Source: Thermoplasmata archaeon (GTDB lineage: Archaea; Thermoplasmatota; Thermoplasmata; Thermoplasmatales; GCA-001856825). Taken from it: a stretch of DNA of 64,000 nt. Shown here piece after piece: positions 25,937 through 34,941 of this stretch. Numbering within the stretch: position 1 is the stretch's first letter; every line of letters starts with the position of its first letter. Where the stretch lies: assembly GCA_021816725.1 (NCBI GenBank), contig JAKAXD010000001.1, positions 313,257 to 377,256 of the forward strand, given 5' to 3'. The notes beneath the pieces were generated by a model, which saw nothing but the letters and a program-made list of their open reading frames with translations, made no database searches and had not been told where the DNA came from. The position numbers were made by a program, and so were the translations under genes.

Positions 25937-26686
25937 ATGGCATTCCTAGAAGTTTTATTAAAACAGATTAACCCTGTTAACGGAGTTGAGGCAAATGAAA
26001 GGATAATAAATAATACGTTGCATGAGAAATTTGACATAGCCATATTCCCTGAAATGTTCTACTCTGGATATCTCTTAAGGGATGAAATAAACTTCTTTTA
26101 TGTTAACCAGGATTTTGTTCGTACCATACAGAAGAGGATTGGGGGGAGGATGCTTATCTTCGGTGCCCCGCTAAAGGAAGGGTATCTCTATAACACAGCC
26201 TTTGTCGTAACAGCTGATTCAGTGAAGATATACAGGAAAAGGCACCTACCGAACTTTGGGCCCTTTGAGGAGATGAGATACTTCCAGCGCGGTAGGCAAC
26301 CTTTAACTGTTGATTTCAAGGGTCTTAGGGTTGGAATAGAGATATGCTATGATCTCTTCTTTTCAGATTCGGTGGAGAAGGGAATAGATATTCTTGTCAA
26401 TATTTCTGCATCCCCTTTCACCTCTTACCCATTTTTCGAAAAGATGCTTCCTGCGAGGGCAATTGAATCCCAGTCTTATGTCGCATATGTGAACACTGCT
26501 GGCCTCCAGAGAAATCAGGTTTTCTGGGGAGGAAGTCGGGTGCTTGACCCGGATGGAAAGGAGGTGCTGTTACTGAAGAAATTCAGGGAAGATTCTGGAA
26601 CAGCAGTTATTGATACGTCGGTAATTGAACTAGGCAGGAGGAAGAGGAGGGTGTTGAGCGAGGTACTTGATGAGCTTTCGGAATGA
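25937..26686 (+). CDS. Carbon-nitrogen hydrolase (nitrilase superfamily)
   Basis: E-K-C triad contexts FPEMFYSGY, YRKRHLP and GIEICYDLFF. ATG at 25937 preferred; the track gives an in-frame TTG at 25913. Confidence 0.82.
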   Translation: MAFLEVLLKQINPVNGVEANERIINNTLHEKFDIAIFPEMFYSGYLLRDEINFFYVNQDFVRTIQKRIGGRMLIFGAPLKEGYLYNTAFVVTADSVKIYRKRHLPNFGPFEEMRYFQRGRQPLTVDFKGLRVGIEICYDLFFSDSVEKGIDILVNISASPFTSYPFFEKMLPARAIESQSYVAYVNTAGLQRNQVFWGGSRVLDPDGKEVLLLKKFREDSGTAVIDTSVIELGRRKRRVLSEVLDELSE

Positions 26687-28223
26687 TCTGTTCCTTGCAA
26701 AAGTTTTGAACACTGAGCTCAAGTACCAGTACTTGAAAAATACGCCCAGGTTCCAGAAAAACGATAAGCAGTCTATAGCAAGTTCAAAGAAGTACCTGAC
26801 AAATACAGTCAGGTCGTCAATATATGTAAACACAATTATCTATGCAATAATATCCATCTCATTCGGAGCAATTTCGACTGAATCAAATGCATCCAATAAC
26901 AGCTTCATCCTGTTTCTCCTCCTTCTTATACTTGCAATAATGAGCGATACCCAGTTTTACAGGGGGGTCTGGGACATGAAACTTCTTACCCCTCTTTCTC
27001 AGCTTCCATTGAAAGTAGAGAAAAGGGTTGTCCCATTCTCCCTATTTCTATATAACGAGCTATACCTCCCCTTTGTAACTATACCAGCTGGCGTTGTGAT
27101 ATCGATTGGAATGAGAAGCCCTCTTCCAATAGTTGTTTTTTCCCTCTTTACGGTACTTTTCATTTACGTCGCGAGACTCGTCTCTCTCCTATTGGGTGTC
27201 ACATTCATCAAAACAAATACAAACAGGAGAACAAAGAGACTATACCTGGGTCAGGTTTTCCAGGTGGTAATTTTTGTTATCTTTATCCTGGCAATTGAGA
27301 TTGCTGCTAACCCGTCTTTTCAGGGTTACGTTAAAATACCACCATTCCTCTATTATTTTGTCCCTGTTGCTTCGCAGTACATTTCTACCCTTTCTGTGTA
27401 TCCATTCGCATCGTTTGGCATGGTGTTTGCGATTGTTTACCCTTCATATCTTTACGTTCAGAAAAGAAGTTTCACCGAAAGGATGGAAACATTTGCAGAT
27501 GTATCAGGGGGTGCGAAAAAGAACTTAGCGCTCAAGATAAGTAAACCTGTGAGATCCCTCATGGACAAGGATTTTAAGGTGATACTCAGGAGGAGGGGCG
27601 CAATCATGATAATGGTCGTACCTGTCACATTCATAATTCCAATCATTCCAACCCTGCTTACTGTCTCTTCTGGGACGCTGGAATCAGTATTCTACATACC
27701 CTACATTTCTCTTGTCTTCCTCATTGATTTCGTGCTCATGATCGGCCTTGAGGGAAAGGCTGCCTGGCATCTCTCAGCACTACCGATCACAAGGAGGCAG
27801 TTCTTTTTCTCAAAGCTCTTAAGCATATTCATCATCGGCCTGGTATATTACGGCGCTATAGTTGCAATAGTCGGCGTAGTAAACAAGGGAATGGTTTCGT
27901 ACATGTTGTTCAATTACCCTTTCTTCGCCATCATACTGACTGCCGTGCTTTTCGCAGGTGGTACATATCTTGTAAATGCCATACCTAATGAGGTCTATAC
28001 GCTCTCCCAGGAAGGAATAGGGGGGAGATGGGTATTCATGAAGACATTCATCATCGGCCTGCCGATCATTGTACTAAATGCGCTCGCGTTTGAATTTGCA
28101 AAATACATTATAGCATTCAGCATCTCCTATTACATCAAGGGGTATGCACTGACTATAGCCATAGATGCACTGGTCTCGTATCTATTTCTCAGGTTTTTCA
28201 TAAGGAAGGGGGCTCACTTTTAG
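26667..28223 (+). CDS. Polytopic membrane protein (about 12 TM), possible ABC-2/exporter-like permease, function unknown
   Basis: 518 aa. Basic cytoplasmic N-terminus followed by many hydrophobic helices. Its start overlaps the CN-hydrolase 3' end by 20 nt. Confidence 0.65.
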   Translation: MMSFRNDLFLAKVLNTELKYQYLKNTPRFQKNDKQSIASSKKYLTNTVRSSIYVNTIIYAIISISFGAISTESNASNNSFILFLLLLILAIMSDTQFYRGVWDMKLLTPLSQLPLKVEKRVVPFSLFLYNELYLPFVTIPAGVVISIGMRSPLPIVVFSLFTVLFIYVARLVSLLLGVTFIKTNTNRRTKRLYLGQVFQVVIFVIFILAIEIAANPSFQGYVKIPPFLYYFVPVASQYISTLSVYPFASFGMVFAIVYPSYLYVQKRSFTERMETFADVSGGAKKNLALKISKPVRSLMDKDFKVILRRRGAIMIMVVPVTFIIPIIPTLLTVSSGTLESVFYIPYISLVFLIDFVLMIGLEGKAAWHLSALPITRRQFFFSKLLSIFIIGLVYYGAIVAIVGVVNKGMVSYMLFNYPFFAIILTAVLFAGGTYLVNAIPNEVYTLSQEGIGGRWVFMKTFIIGLPIIVLNALAFEFAKYIIAFSISYYIKGYALTIAIDALVSYLFLRFFIRKGAHF

Positions 28224-28259
28224 CCTTATTTTTATAACATCGCTTCACATGAAGGTCCA

Positions 28260-29252
28260 GTGGAAAATGTTCGAAAGGTCGATCCAGTCAACCCAGACAT
28301 AAGGGTGATGGATGAAGCAGGTGCCATAATTGCAGGCGGAGGGACGGTAGCATTCCCAACAGAAACCGTGTATGGACTTGGAGCTAATGCACTGGATGAT
28401 GATGCGTGCAAGAAAATATTCGAGATCAAGGGAAGGCAGCAGGATAATCCCATAATTGTTCACATAAGCGACTTTGACCAGCTCGACTACGTATCCCAGG
28501 GTCTGTCGGGGAAGATTAGGGAGGCCTTTGAGATGATCTGGCCAGGACCGCTCACAGTAGTGTTGGATAAGAAGAATGTTGGCTCAGTTCCGACTGCCGG
28601 CCTAGGTAGTGTTGCTGTCCGGATGCCCGCACACAGGGTTCCTCAGGAGTTGATTAGAAGGAGTGGATACCCCATTGCTGCTCCCAGTGCAAATAAGTCA
28701 GGTCGTCCAAGTCCTGTTTATGCATCAGAGGTAGTGGAGGACCTTGGGAAAAAGGTTGATATGATTCTGGATGGTGGCCCGGCGTCATTCGGAGTAGAGT
28801 CTACTGTAATAATTTTCAGGAAAGACGAAGTTGTTATCCTAAGGCCTGGTGCGTTCTCGGCTGAGGATATCAAGAAATTTTTCAATATTAAAGTCTCAAT
28901 CTCTGGAGAAGTGCCTGACGCCCCTGTTTCGCCGGGCATGAAGTACAGGCATTATGCCCCCGAGAAGGAGCTTGTCTTGGGTACGGATGAAGACAGGATT
29001 ATAGAGGAGTGCAAGTCTGGAAATGTCTTATTCATCGGTAGCTCTGAACTCGCAAAGAAGGTGAATTCAGAATCCGTTATATTGGGATCCAGGGAAAACC
29101 TTTATGAGATTGCTAGAAATTTATTCCCTTCTTTCAGGGAACTTGACAGAAGCGAATATCCGAGGGGGATAATTGAAGGGTTCGAGGAAAGGGGTATAGG
29201 TCTAGCTATAATGAACAGGATAAGGAAGGCCACTGGGGGGAAGGTAATATAG
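28260..29252 (+). CDS. sua5: L-threonylcarbamoyladenylate synthase (Sua5/TsaC, t6A biosynthesis)
   Basis: 330 aa. GGTVAFPTETVYGLGANAL and RMPAHRVPQELI...PIAAPSANKSGRPSP, plus a Sua5 C-terminal domain. Confidence 0.92.
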   Translation: MENVRKVDPVNPDIRVMDEAGAIIAGGGTVAFPTETVYGLGANALDDDACKKIFEIKGRQQDNPIIVHISDFDQLDYVSQGLSGKIREAFEMIWPGPLTVVLDKKNVGSVPTAGLGSVAVRMPAHRVPQELIRRSGYPIAAPSANKSGRPSPVYASEVVEDLGKKVDMILDGGPASFGVESTVIIFRKDEVVILRPGAFSAEDIKKFFNIKVSISGEVPDAPVSPGMKYRHYAPEKELVLGTDEDRIIEECKSGNVLFIGSSELAKKVNSESVILGSRENLYEIARNLFPSFRELDRSEYPRGIIEGFEERGIGLAIMNRIRKATGGKVI

Positions 29253-29331
29253 ACAGTTTCATCGGCCATGGGGTGGGTTAACGGGTCCCCCTCAATTTCT
29301 GAAATGCGCAGCTAAAGGTAGACGACCTTTG

Positions 29332-29868
29332 CTAACCTTTGTAGTAACCCCTGAATTTGAGATATTCCAGGATCGTGTTCACGCTTTCATCAACTGTCTG
29401 TTTGTTGGTATCTAAAATAATTTCTGGGGATAGAGGCTCTTCGTATGGGTCCTGAAGGCCTGTCAGGTTCGTGATCTCGCCTGCAAGTGCCTTCTTGTAA
29501 AGGCCCTTCGGGTCCCTCTTGATGAGTACTTCTAGGGGGCAGCGAACAAAAATTTCAATGAAGTTTGGAATTTCGCTTCTTGCCTTTGCTCTAACCTCCC
29601 TGTACGGGGAGATAAGTGGGACTAATGTTACCACCCCGTTCCTTGATAGGAGTTTAGCTACGAAAATGACCCTCTCGTTATGTTTCTCCCTATCTTCCTT
29701 CGAGAAGCCAAGGTCTTTTGAAAGTCCTTTTCTTATCTCGTCGCCATCAAGTATTTCCACCCTTGATCCTTTTTCATTTAGAATTACCTTAAGTCGTTCA
29801 GCAAGAGTTGTTTTACCTGCCCCGGGAGGGCCTGTAAACCAAAGCACGTATCCCGGCTCACTCGACAT
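29332..29868 (-). CDS. cysC: Adenylylsulfate (APS) kinase
   Basis: P-loop WFTGPPGAGKTTLA and LDGDEIRKGLSKDLGFSKEDREKHNERV. Start taken at the ATG at 29868 (MSSEPGYVLWF); an upstream in-frame ATG at 29904 is also possible. Either start overlaps the upstream AlkP gene. Confidence 0.92.
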   Translation of the reverse strand: MSSEPGYVLWFTGPPGAGKTTLAERLKVILNEKGSRVEILDGDEIRKGLSKDLGFSKEDREKHNERVIFVAKLLSRNGVVTLVPLISPYREVRAKARSEIPNFIEIFVRCPLEVLIKRDPKGLYKKALAGEITNLTGLQDPYEEPLSPEIILDTNKQTVDESVNTILEYLKFRGYYKG

Positions 29869-31246
29869 ACTCGGTCCCCTCCAATGGCTCCCCTTTGATG
29901 CCATACTTCTTCCTTACCCTATAAAGTTCGAGAATGGTAGGTGCTATTCGGTATATGCTAGAGTCAATAATTTTGCCAATTTTCTTGTTTTTTCTGTACA
30001 TGATGTAAATCCCGTCATAGTCATGAACCGCATCGTCCGGACCTGTATCATTCTCGAGGAGGTAGTCTGTGTCATACCCGAGCGTTCCAGCTGTTCTCCA
30101 GCTCAGATCATCTAGGTAGACAAATAGATCTGACCTGTCTCCGTTAACAACGGGATATACTTCCTCCGGTTCAAACACCTTAGTGTTCCACTGCTCCCCG
30201 TTCGGACCTTTTATTGATCTAAGTTTCTCCTTTAGAGTTTCAAGTTCCGACCTAACATTTCCTTTTTCTATGAGTCCTTCTGGTTCCCTGCCCTTGATAT
30301 TAAGGAAGACCCTTGCATAATATCCTCCCCATGCCCAGGCCTTTGAGTGAGCCCAATCGACGTCAAGGTCCTCCAGGGAAACGCCAGCCTTCTCTACAGG
30401 GGATTTCAGTTTGAGATACCCCTCCTTGATGAGCCATTGATTAATTGCAAATGCGCCTTTCATATGTTTTGCGCCATGATCCGAAACAACAAGTACAACA
30501 GTGTCATCGTCAAATTCATCCAACATTTTTCCAATATGCGAGTCTACCATCTTGAAGTAAGAAATGAACTTCCCTCTCATTTCCTTGTCATCCTCGTATA
30601 AATGGCTCTCTTGGTCTATGTATCTCCAGAATGCGTGATGAATCCTGTCAATTCCTATCTCGACCATGAAGAAGAAATCCCATTCCTTTTCCATCAGCAT
30701 CTTCTCAGCCATCCTGAACCTGGTATCTGTCATCTTGTAAATTTCGTCAATTATCTGCTTCTTTTCTGGTTTCCTAAACTTCACGTCAAACTGGTAGTCC
30801 GGGAAGTCCCTAAGTATTTCATTCTTCAAGCCCGGAGGGTAAGTGAATTCCTTGTCTTTTCCTGGGGTCAAAAAGTCCGAGACCATCAATCCAGGTATTG
30901 GCTTAGGAGGATAGGATGGAGGTACTGCTATAATTATGCTTTTCTTGTTCCTCTTGCCTAATATGTCCCAGACTGTATCGAATTTAATGTCCGATGAAGT
31001 TGGAATCTTAATCCCGTTGTAAGAATTTGGGATTCTAGACCTAAATCCGTAGAGACCCAGCTCTCCCGGTGATCTACCGGTAGACATTACCATCCATGCC
31101 GGAACGGTTATAGGAGGATCTGAGCTTCTTAGTTTTCCTGATATACCCTCTGAAGCCATTTTAGATAAGACTGGAAGATCTTCCTTCAACTTTTTAAATA
31201 TCAAGTCAGGTGCGGCACAGTCCAGACCAATGACAGCTACTCTCAT
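29858..31246 (-). CDS. Alkaline-phosphatase-superfamily protein (phosphodiesterase/sulfatase-like fold), paralog of 13189..14601
   Basis: 462 aa. MRVAVIGLDCAAPD, TVPAWMVMSTGRSPGELGLYGF, VLVVSDHGAKHM. Confidence 0.8.
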   Translation of the reverse strand: MRVAVIGLDCAAPDLIFKKLKEDLPVLSKMASEGISGKLRSSDPPITVPAWMVMSTGRSPGELGLYGFRSRIPNSYNGIKIPTSSDIKFDTVWDILGKRNKKSIIIAVPPSYPPKPIPGLMVSDFLTPGKDKEFTYPPGLKNEILRDFPDYQFDVKFRKPEKKQIIDEIYKMTDTRFRMAEKMLMEKEWDFFFMVEIGIDRIHHAFWRYIDQESHLYEDDKEMRGKFISYFKMVDSHIGKMLDEFDDDTVVLVVSDHGAKHMKGAFAINQWLIKEGYLKLKSPVEKAGVSLEDLDVDWAHSKAWAWGGYYARVFLNIKGREPEGLIEKGNVRSELETLKEKLRSIKGPNGEQWNTKVFEPEEVYPVVNGDRSDLFVYLDDLSWRTAGTLGYDTDYLLENDTGPDDAVHDYDGIYIMYRKNKKIGKIIDSSIYRIAPTILELYRVRKKYGIKGEPLEGTEYVE

Positions 31247-31255
31247 GATTACACC

Positions 31256-31474
31256 TCAATCCAGATAGCCAAGGGACCTGAGTCTGTCCTTCACTTTCTT
31301 CTCATCTTCTGCATTAAAAGCTTCTTGTTCACTTCCATGTGTCAGGATCTCCCTAAGTACAAAAGTAACGTAATCGCTTACAGAGGTAAATCCTGTCCCT
31401 TTGATTTTCTCCTGAATCTTTTCAAAAAGTGGGGTAGGCAGTGAGACGGTCGTATACTTCTTATCCGTTGCCAT
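31256..31474 (-). CDS. CopG/RHH-family small DNA-binding protein
   Basis: About 72 aa from the ATG at 31474. YTTVSLPTPLFEKIQEKIKGTGFTSVSDYVTFVLREIL fits a beta-strand plus two helices. Sits 9 nt upstream of the AlkP gene. Confidence 0.7.
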   Translation of the reverse strand: MATDKKYTTVSLPTPLFEKIQEKIKGTGFTSVSDYVTFVLREILTHGSEQEAFNAEDEKKVKDRLRSLGYLD

Positions 31475-31753
31475 AGGGTAAAAGAACAATATGATATTTA
31501 TAATTTACTTTAATTACATACCTTATATACCTTCAATTGAATCCTCCAATATCCTAATTATTTTGGTGTCCTTTTCTCACCATTCAACTAATGGCCTCAT
31601 TCTTAATTCAGTTTTGATGCAAAATCATTCTTTAAACAATTAAGGATACCAACCAGTTATTGAGATAAAGGATTTGCTATGGGCTTATGACCAGTTTCTT
31701 AAAGTAGACAAGGAAAGAATTATATATGATTTGATACTTGGACAATCCTGGTG

Positions 31754-32041
31754 ATGAACGTGGCAGATAACAACACAATATTCATCGGGAAAAAGCCGAC
31801 GGAAAACTACGTTTTTAGTACAATAATGCTCTTTACAAATGGAGCAAGCGAAGTATCAATAAAAGCAAGAGGTATGGCAATAAAAAGAGCGGTAGACGTT
31901 GCTGAAATCGTTAGGAACCGAATGGAATCGATGATGAAGACTCAGGTGAAGTACCAGGACATAAAGATTGCTACAGAAAAAGTACAGAGGGAAGATGGAG
32001 AGAGCAACGTTTCCTCGATAGAGATTGTCCTAAAGAAGTAG
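31754..32041 (+). CDS. albA: DNA/RNA-binding chromatin protein Alba
   Basis: NTIFIGKKPTENYVFSTIMLFTNGASEVSIKARGMAIKRAVDVAEIVRNR is the Alba fold signature. Confidence 0.92.
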   Translation: MNVADNNTIFIGKKPTENYVFSTIMLFTNGASEVSIKARGMAIKRAVDVAEIVRNRMESMMKTQVKYQDIKIATEKVQREDGESNVSSIEIVLKK

Positions 32042-32084
32042 GTGATTTTCCACCTACAATTAATTTTTTAATTTTAACGCTTAA

Positions 32085-33881
32085 ATGTTCCAGATTCTCC
32101 ACAGGGATGGACTTGCAAGGATTGGAGAGCTGGAAGTCAAAAATAGAAAAATATTGACCCCCGTCCTGTTGCCGGTTCTTCATCCATTCAAGATAGATCC
32201 TTGGATCTCTGTTGTTAAACAACTGAAACTAAATGGAGTGATCACAAATTCCTACATTCTTAAGAAGGGAGGTTTCCAGGAAGGGAAGGATGTTCATGAT
32301 CTTCTAGGCTTCAGCGGGATCGTCATGACAGATTCTGGAACTTTCCAGGAGCACATGTATGGCGAATTGAATGTGACTAACCTTGAGATGGTGAGGTATC
32401 AGGAGAGCATCAATTCAGATATCATAACCATAAGGGACATTTTTTCAGAGATGGATCACTCTGAAGAGAAGATAAGGGAAGACATCAGAGAGAACTATAG
32501 GAGAGGAAAAGAAGCTATATCAGAGACGGGGAAATACGTAGCCCTACCAATACAAGGGGGGGTATATCCGGACCTAAGGAAGGAAAGCGCAAGGATGATG
32601 GGCTCACTTGAAAGTGAATATTTTCCGATTGGCGGGATAGTACCGTTCATGGAGAGATACATGTATTCCCTTGTCATCGAATCCATCTTGAATTCAAAGA
32701 GTAACCTAAAGTCTTCTGCTGTTATTCATGCCTTTGGGGCGGGTCATCCCATGTTCTTTCCGCTCCTCTTCCTTGCTGGAGTAGACGTGATAGATTCTTC
32801 TGCCTACATTAAATACGCTAGGGACAATCGGATTCTAACTGAAACTGGCACAGCGGACCTAAGTGGTTTTGCAGAAGAGCTGCCACCTTCACCATACCTG
32901 GACAGATTTAATGCGAAGGAACTGCTGTCCCTGTCTCAGGATGAGAGAACTAACGTCCTTGGAATGCACAACCTCTATGTCTCAGTGAAGGAATTAGAAA
33001 ATATTAAACAGCAGATCAGGTCAGAAAACATGTGGAATTATGCAGAATATAGGGCACATTCCCATCCACTCCTGCTCGAGGCACTTAGAAAATTTGATGA
33101 TTTTTATGGGTATATCGAGCGTTTTGAGCCTATGTCCAGGAAAAATCCTGTTTTCTATACGGGGGAGGAAACACTGAAGAGGCCAGATGTAAGAAGATTT
33201 ATTTCCAAGGCCATCGAGAGTAGACAAGGAGTCAAGATTGACAAGAAACCTTACTCATATTACTCTGATTCGCCTAACGTCCTAGTCCAAAGCCAATTCG
33301 GTGCAGTACCTCTGTTCCTAGATGAAACATATCCTGTTGCACAGTCACTTTTCCCTGGGGAGTATTACGAGAGTTCAAAGGACATTACGAAGTTTGAGAA
33401 GCCAGAATGGAAGGAGTTCCTCATCAACAAGGTTGACAGAATATTTGAATACCAATTCGGAAGAAAACTCTATTCAATCCTGGACAGGGATAAAATAACC
33501 CTGCAGAGAAGCAAGAATACAGGAAAGATCAGGAATGTATTTTACGGCGGAGAACAGATACTTGCACTCCGGGCGTCAGACGGATTGTTCAGTCTGACTT
33601 ATAATGGATCGGTTTTGATTCGTTCCAACTTCCATTTCCCTCAACACAGGGTAATAGTGGACAAGGAAGTCAGTGAGTTCATAAGGCAGGGAAAGAATGT
33701 TTTTGCAAAATTTGTCGAGGATGCTGATATATCGATCCGTCCACACGACGATGTGATTATTGTTGACAGGGAGGATAACCTTCTGTCATACGGCAGGGCT
33801 ACATTGAACAGGGAGGAGATGATTGAATTCAAAAGGGGAATAGCCGTAAAGAATAGACTGAAATCTGATGATGCCAGTTAA
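32085..33881 (+). CDS. tgtA: Archaeosine tRNA-guanine transglycosylase (ArcTGT) with C-terminal PUA region
   Basis: 598 aa. MFQILHRDGLARIGELEVKNRKILTPVLLPVLHP, MTDSGTFQ, and FGAGHPMFFPLLFLAGVDVIDSSAY. Confidence 0.92.
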   Translation: MFQILHRDGLARIGELEVKNRKILTPVLLPVLHPFKIDPWISVVKQLKLNGVITNSYILKKGGFQEGKDVHDLLGFSGIVMTDSGTFQEHMYGELNVTNLEMVRYQESINSDIITIRDIFSEMDHSEEKIREDIRENYRRGKEAISETGKYVALPIQGGVYPDLRKESARMMGSLESEYFPIGGIVPFMERYMYSLVIESILNSKSNLKSSAVIHAFGAGHPMFFPLLFLAGVDVIDSSAYIKYARDNRILTETGTADLSGFAEELPPSPYLDRFNAKELLSLSQDERTNVLGMHNLYVSVKELENIKQQIRSENMWNYAEYRAHSHPLLLEALRKFDDFYGYIERFEPMSRKNPVFYTGEETLKRPDVRRFISKAIESRQGVKIDKKPYSYYSDSPNVLVQSQFGAVPLFLDETYPVAQSLFPGEYYESSKDITKFEKPEWKEFLINKVDRIFEYQFGRKLYSILDRDKITLQRSKNTGKIRNVFYGGEQILALRASDGLFSLTYNGSVLIRSNFHFPQHRVIVDKEVSEFIRQGKNVFAKFVEDADISIRPHDDVIIVDREDNLLSYGRATLNREEMIEFKRGIAVKNRLKSDDAS

Positions 33882-33887
33882 GAATTT

Positions 33888-34673
33888 ATGGAAGGTTGCA
33901 TTTTCAAGAAAGTGGAAATAAGGCGAGCAGAATCGGTAGAGGAATACAAGGTCGTAGAGAACATTCAAAGGGATATATGGGGAATGGTTGAAGAACCACC
34001 TGTACCCCTTCCAATCCTGGTGGCCATAAATTCTAACGGAGGCCTTGTTGAAATAGCAAAGGACGAGAATAAGATAGTGGGTTTCAGCTTGGCCTTTCCT
34101 GGAACAAACGGAAAATACAGATATCTCTATTCCCACATGGCTGGTGTGCTGCATGAGTACAGGAACAAGAATGTGGGTTATGACATTAAGATGCACCAGT
34201 TTGAGCAGGCTAAGAAAATGGGGTATACCGAGGTCAGGTGGACATTTGACCCAATGAAGGCGAGGAATACTTTCTTCAACGTGAGCAAGCTGGGTGCATA
34301 CGCTTATGATTACAAGATAAACTATTACGGAATCATGGGTTCCAAGGAGAACCAGGGGGTAGAATCTGACAGAATCGAGGCCCACAAGTTCCTCGACAGG
34401 GAGAAAATTTCTGCCTCAAATTTCGAAATCGTTGCTCATATAACTGATTTCCCTAGACCATGGCAGGACTTCAGGATAAATGGAGAATCTTTAGCTGTAG
34501 AGGTACCTAGCGACCTAGGAAGCAATGACATAGAACTTGCCAGGAATTGGAGGATTGCACTCAGAAGAGCTATAACACTCCTTGAGGAAAATGAATTCGT
34601 GATGAACGATGTCATCAAGGAAGAGAGATCAGTGTTGCTGATATTTACACTTCGGAAGAAACTAGGAATTTGA
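33888..34673 (+). CDS. GNAT-fold acyltransferase-like protein (uncharacterised predicted-acetyltransferase family)
   Basis: 261 aa. YLYSHMAGVLHEYRNKNVGYDIKMHQFEQAKKMGYTEVRWTFDP resembles the GNAT acetyl-CoA-binding region. Starts 6 nt after the tgtA stop. Confidence 0.6.
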   Translation: MEGCIFKKVEIRRAESVEEYKVVENIQRDIWGMVEEPPVPLPILVAINSNGGLVEIAKDENKIVGFSLAFPGTNGKYRYLYSHMAGVLHEYRNKNVGYDIKMHQFEQAKKMGYTEVRWTFDPMKARNTFFNVSKLGAYAYDYKINYYGIMGSKENQGVESDRIEAHKFLDREKISASNFEIVAHITDFPRPWQDFRINGESLAVEVPSDLGSNDIELARNWRIALRRAITLLEENEFVMNDVIKEERSVLLIFTLRKKLGI

Positions 34674-34907
34674 TTAAATCGAGAAATCTTCTACTTCAGT
34701 CTCCTTCCTCTTTTTGGGTATCTTCTTTGTCTTCCAATAGGTAGTAACATAGCCTGCCACGAGATTCCTAAGCTTTTTTGAGGCGTCAGGTATTACTTTG
34801 TCCACTATTTCCTTATTGCGTTCAAAGTCTTTCCCCAGGTGCTGTTCATATTCGTCGTATATCTGTCTCGCAACTGTTTTAACAAGTGTTGGCCTAATGG
34901 CTCCCAT
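34674..34907 (-). CDS. rps17e: 30S ribosomal protein S17e
   Basis: MGAIRPTLVKTVARQIYDEYEQHLGKDFERNKEIV...LRNLVAGYVT. ATG at 34907 chosen (canonical MGxIR start). Confidence 0.9.
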   Translation of the reverse strand: MGAIRPTLVKTVARQIYDEYEQHLGKDFERNKEIVDKVIPDASKKLRNLVAGYVTTYWKTKKIPKKRKETEVEDFSI

Positions 34908-34941
34908 TGCTCTCGATATATTCACAAACTAATTAAATATT

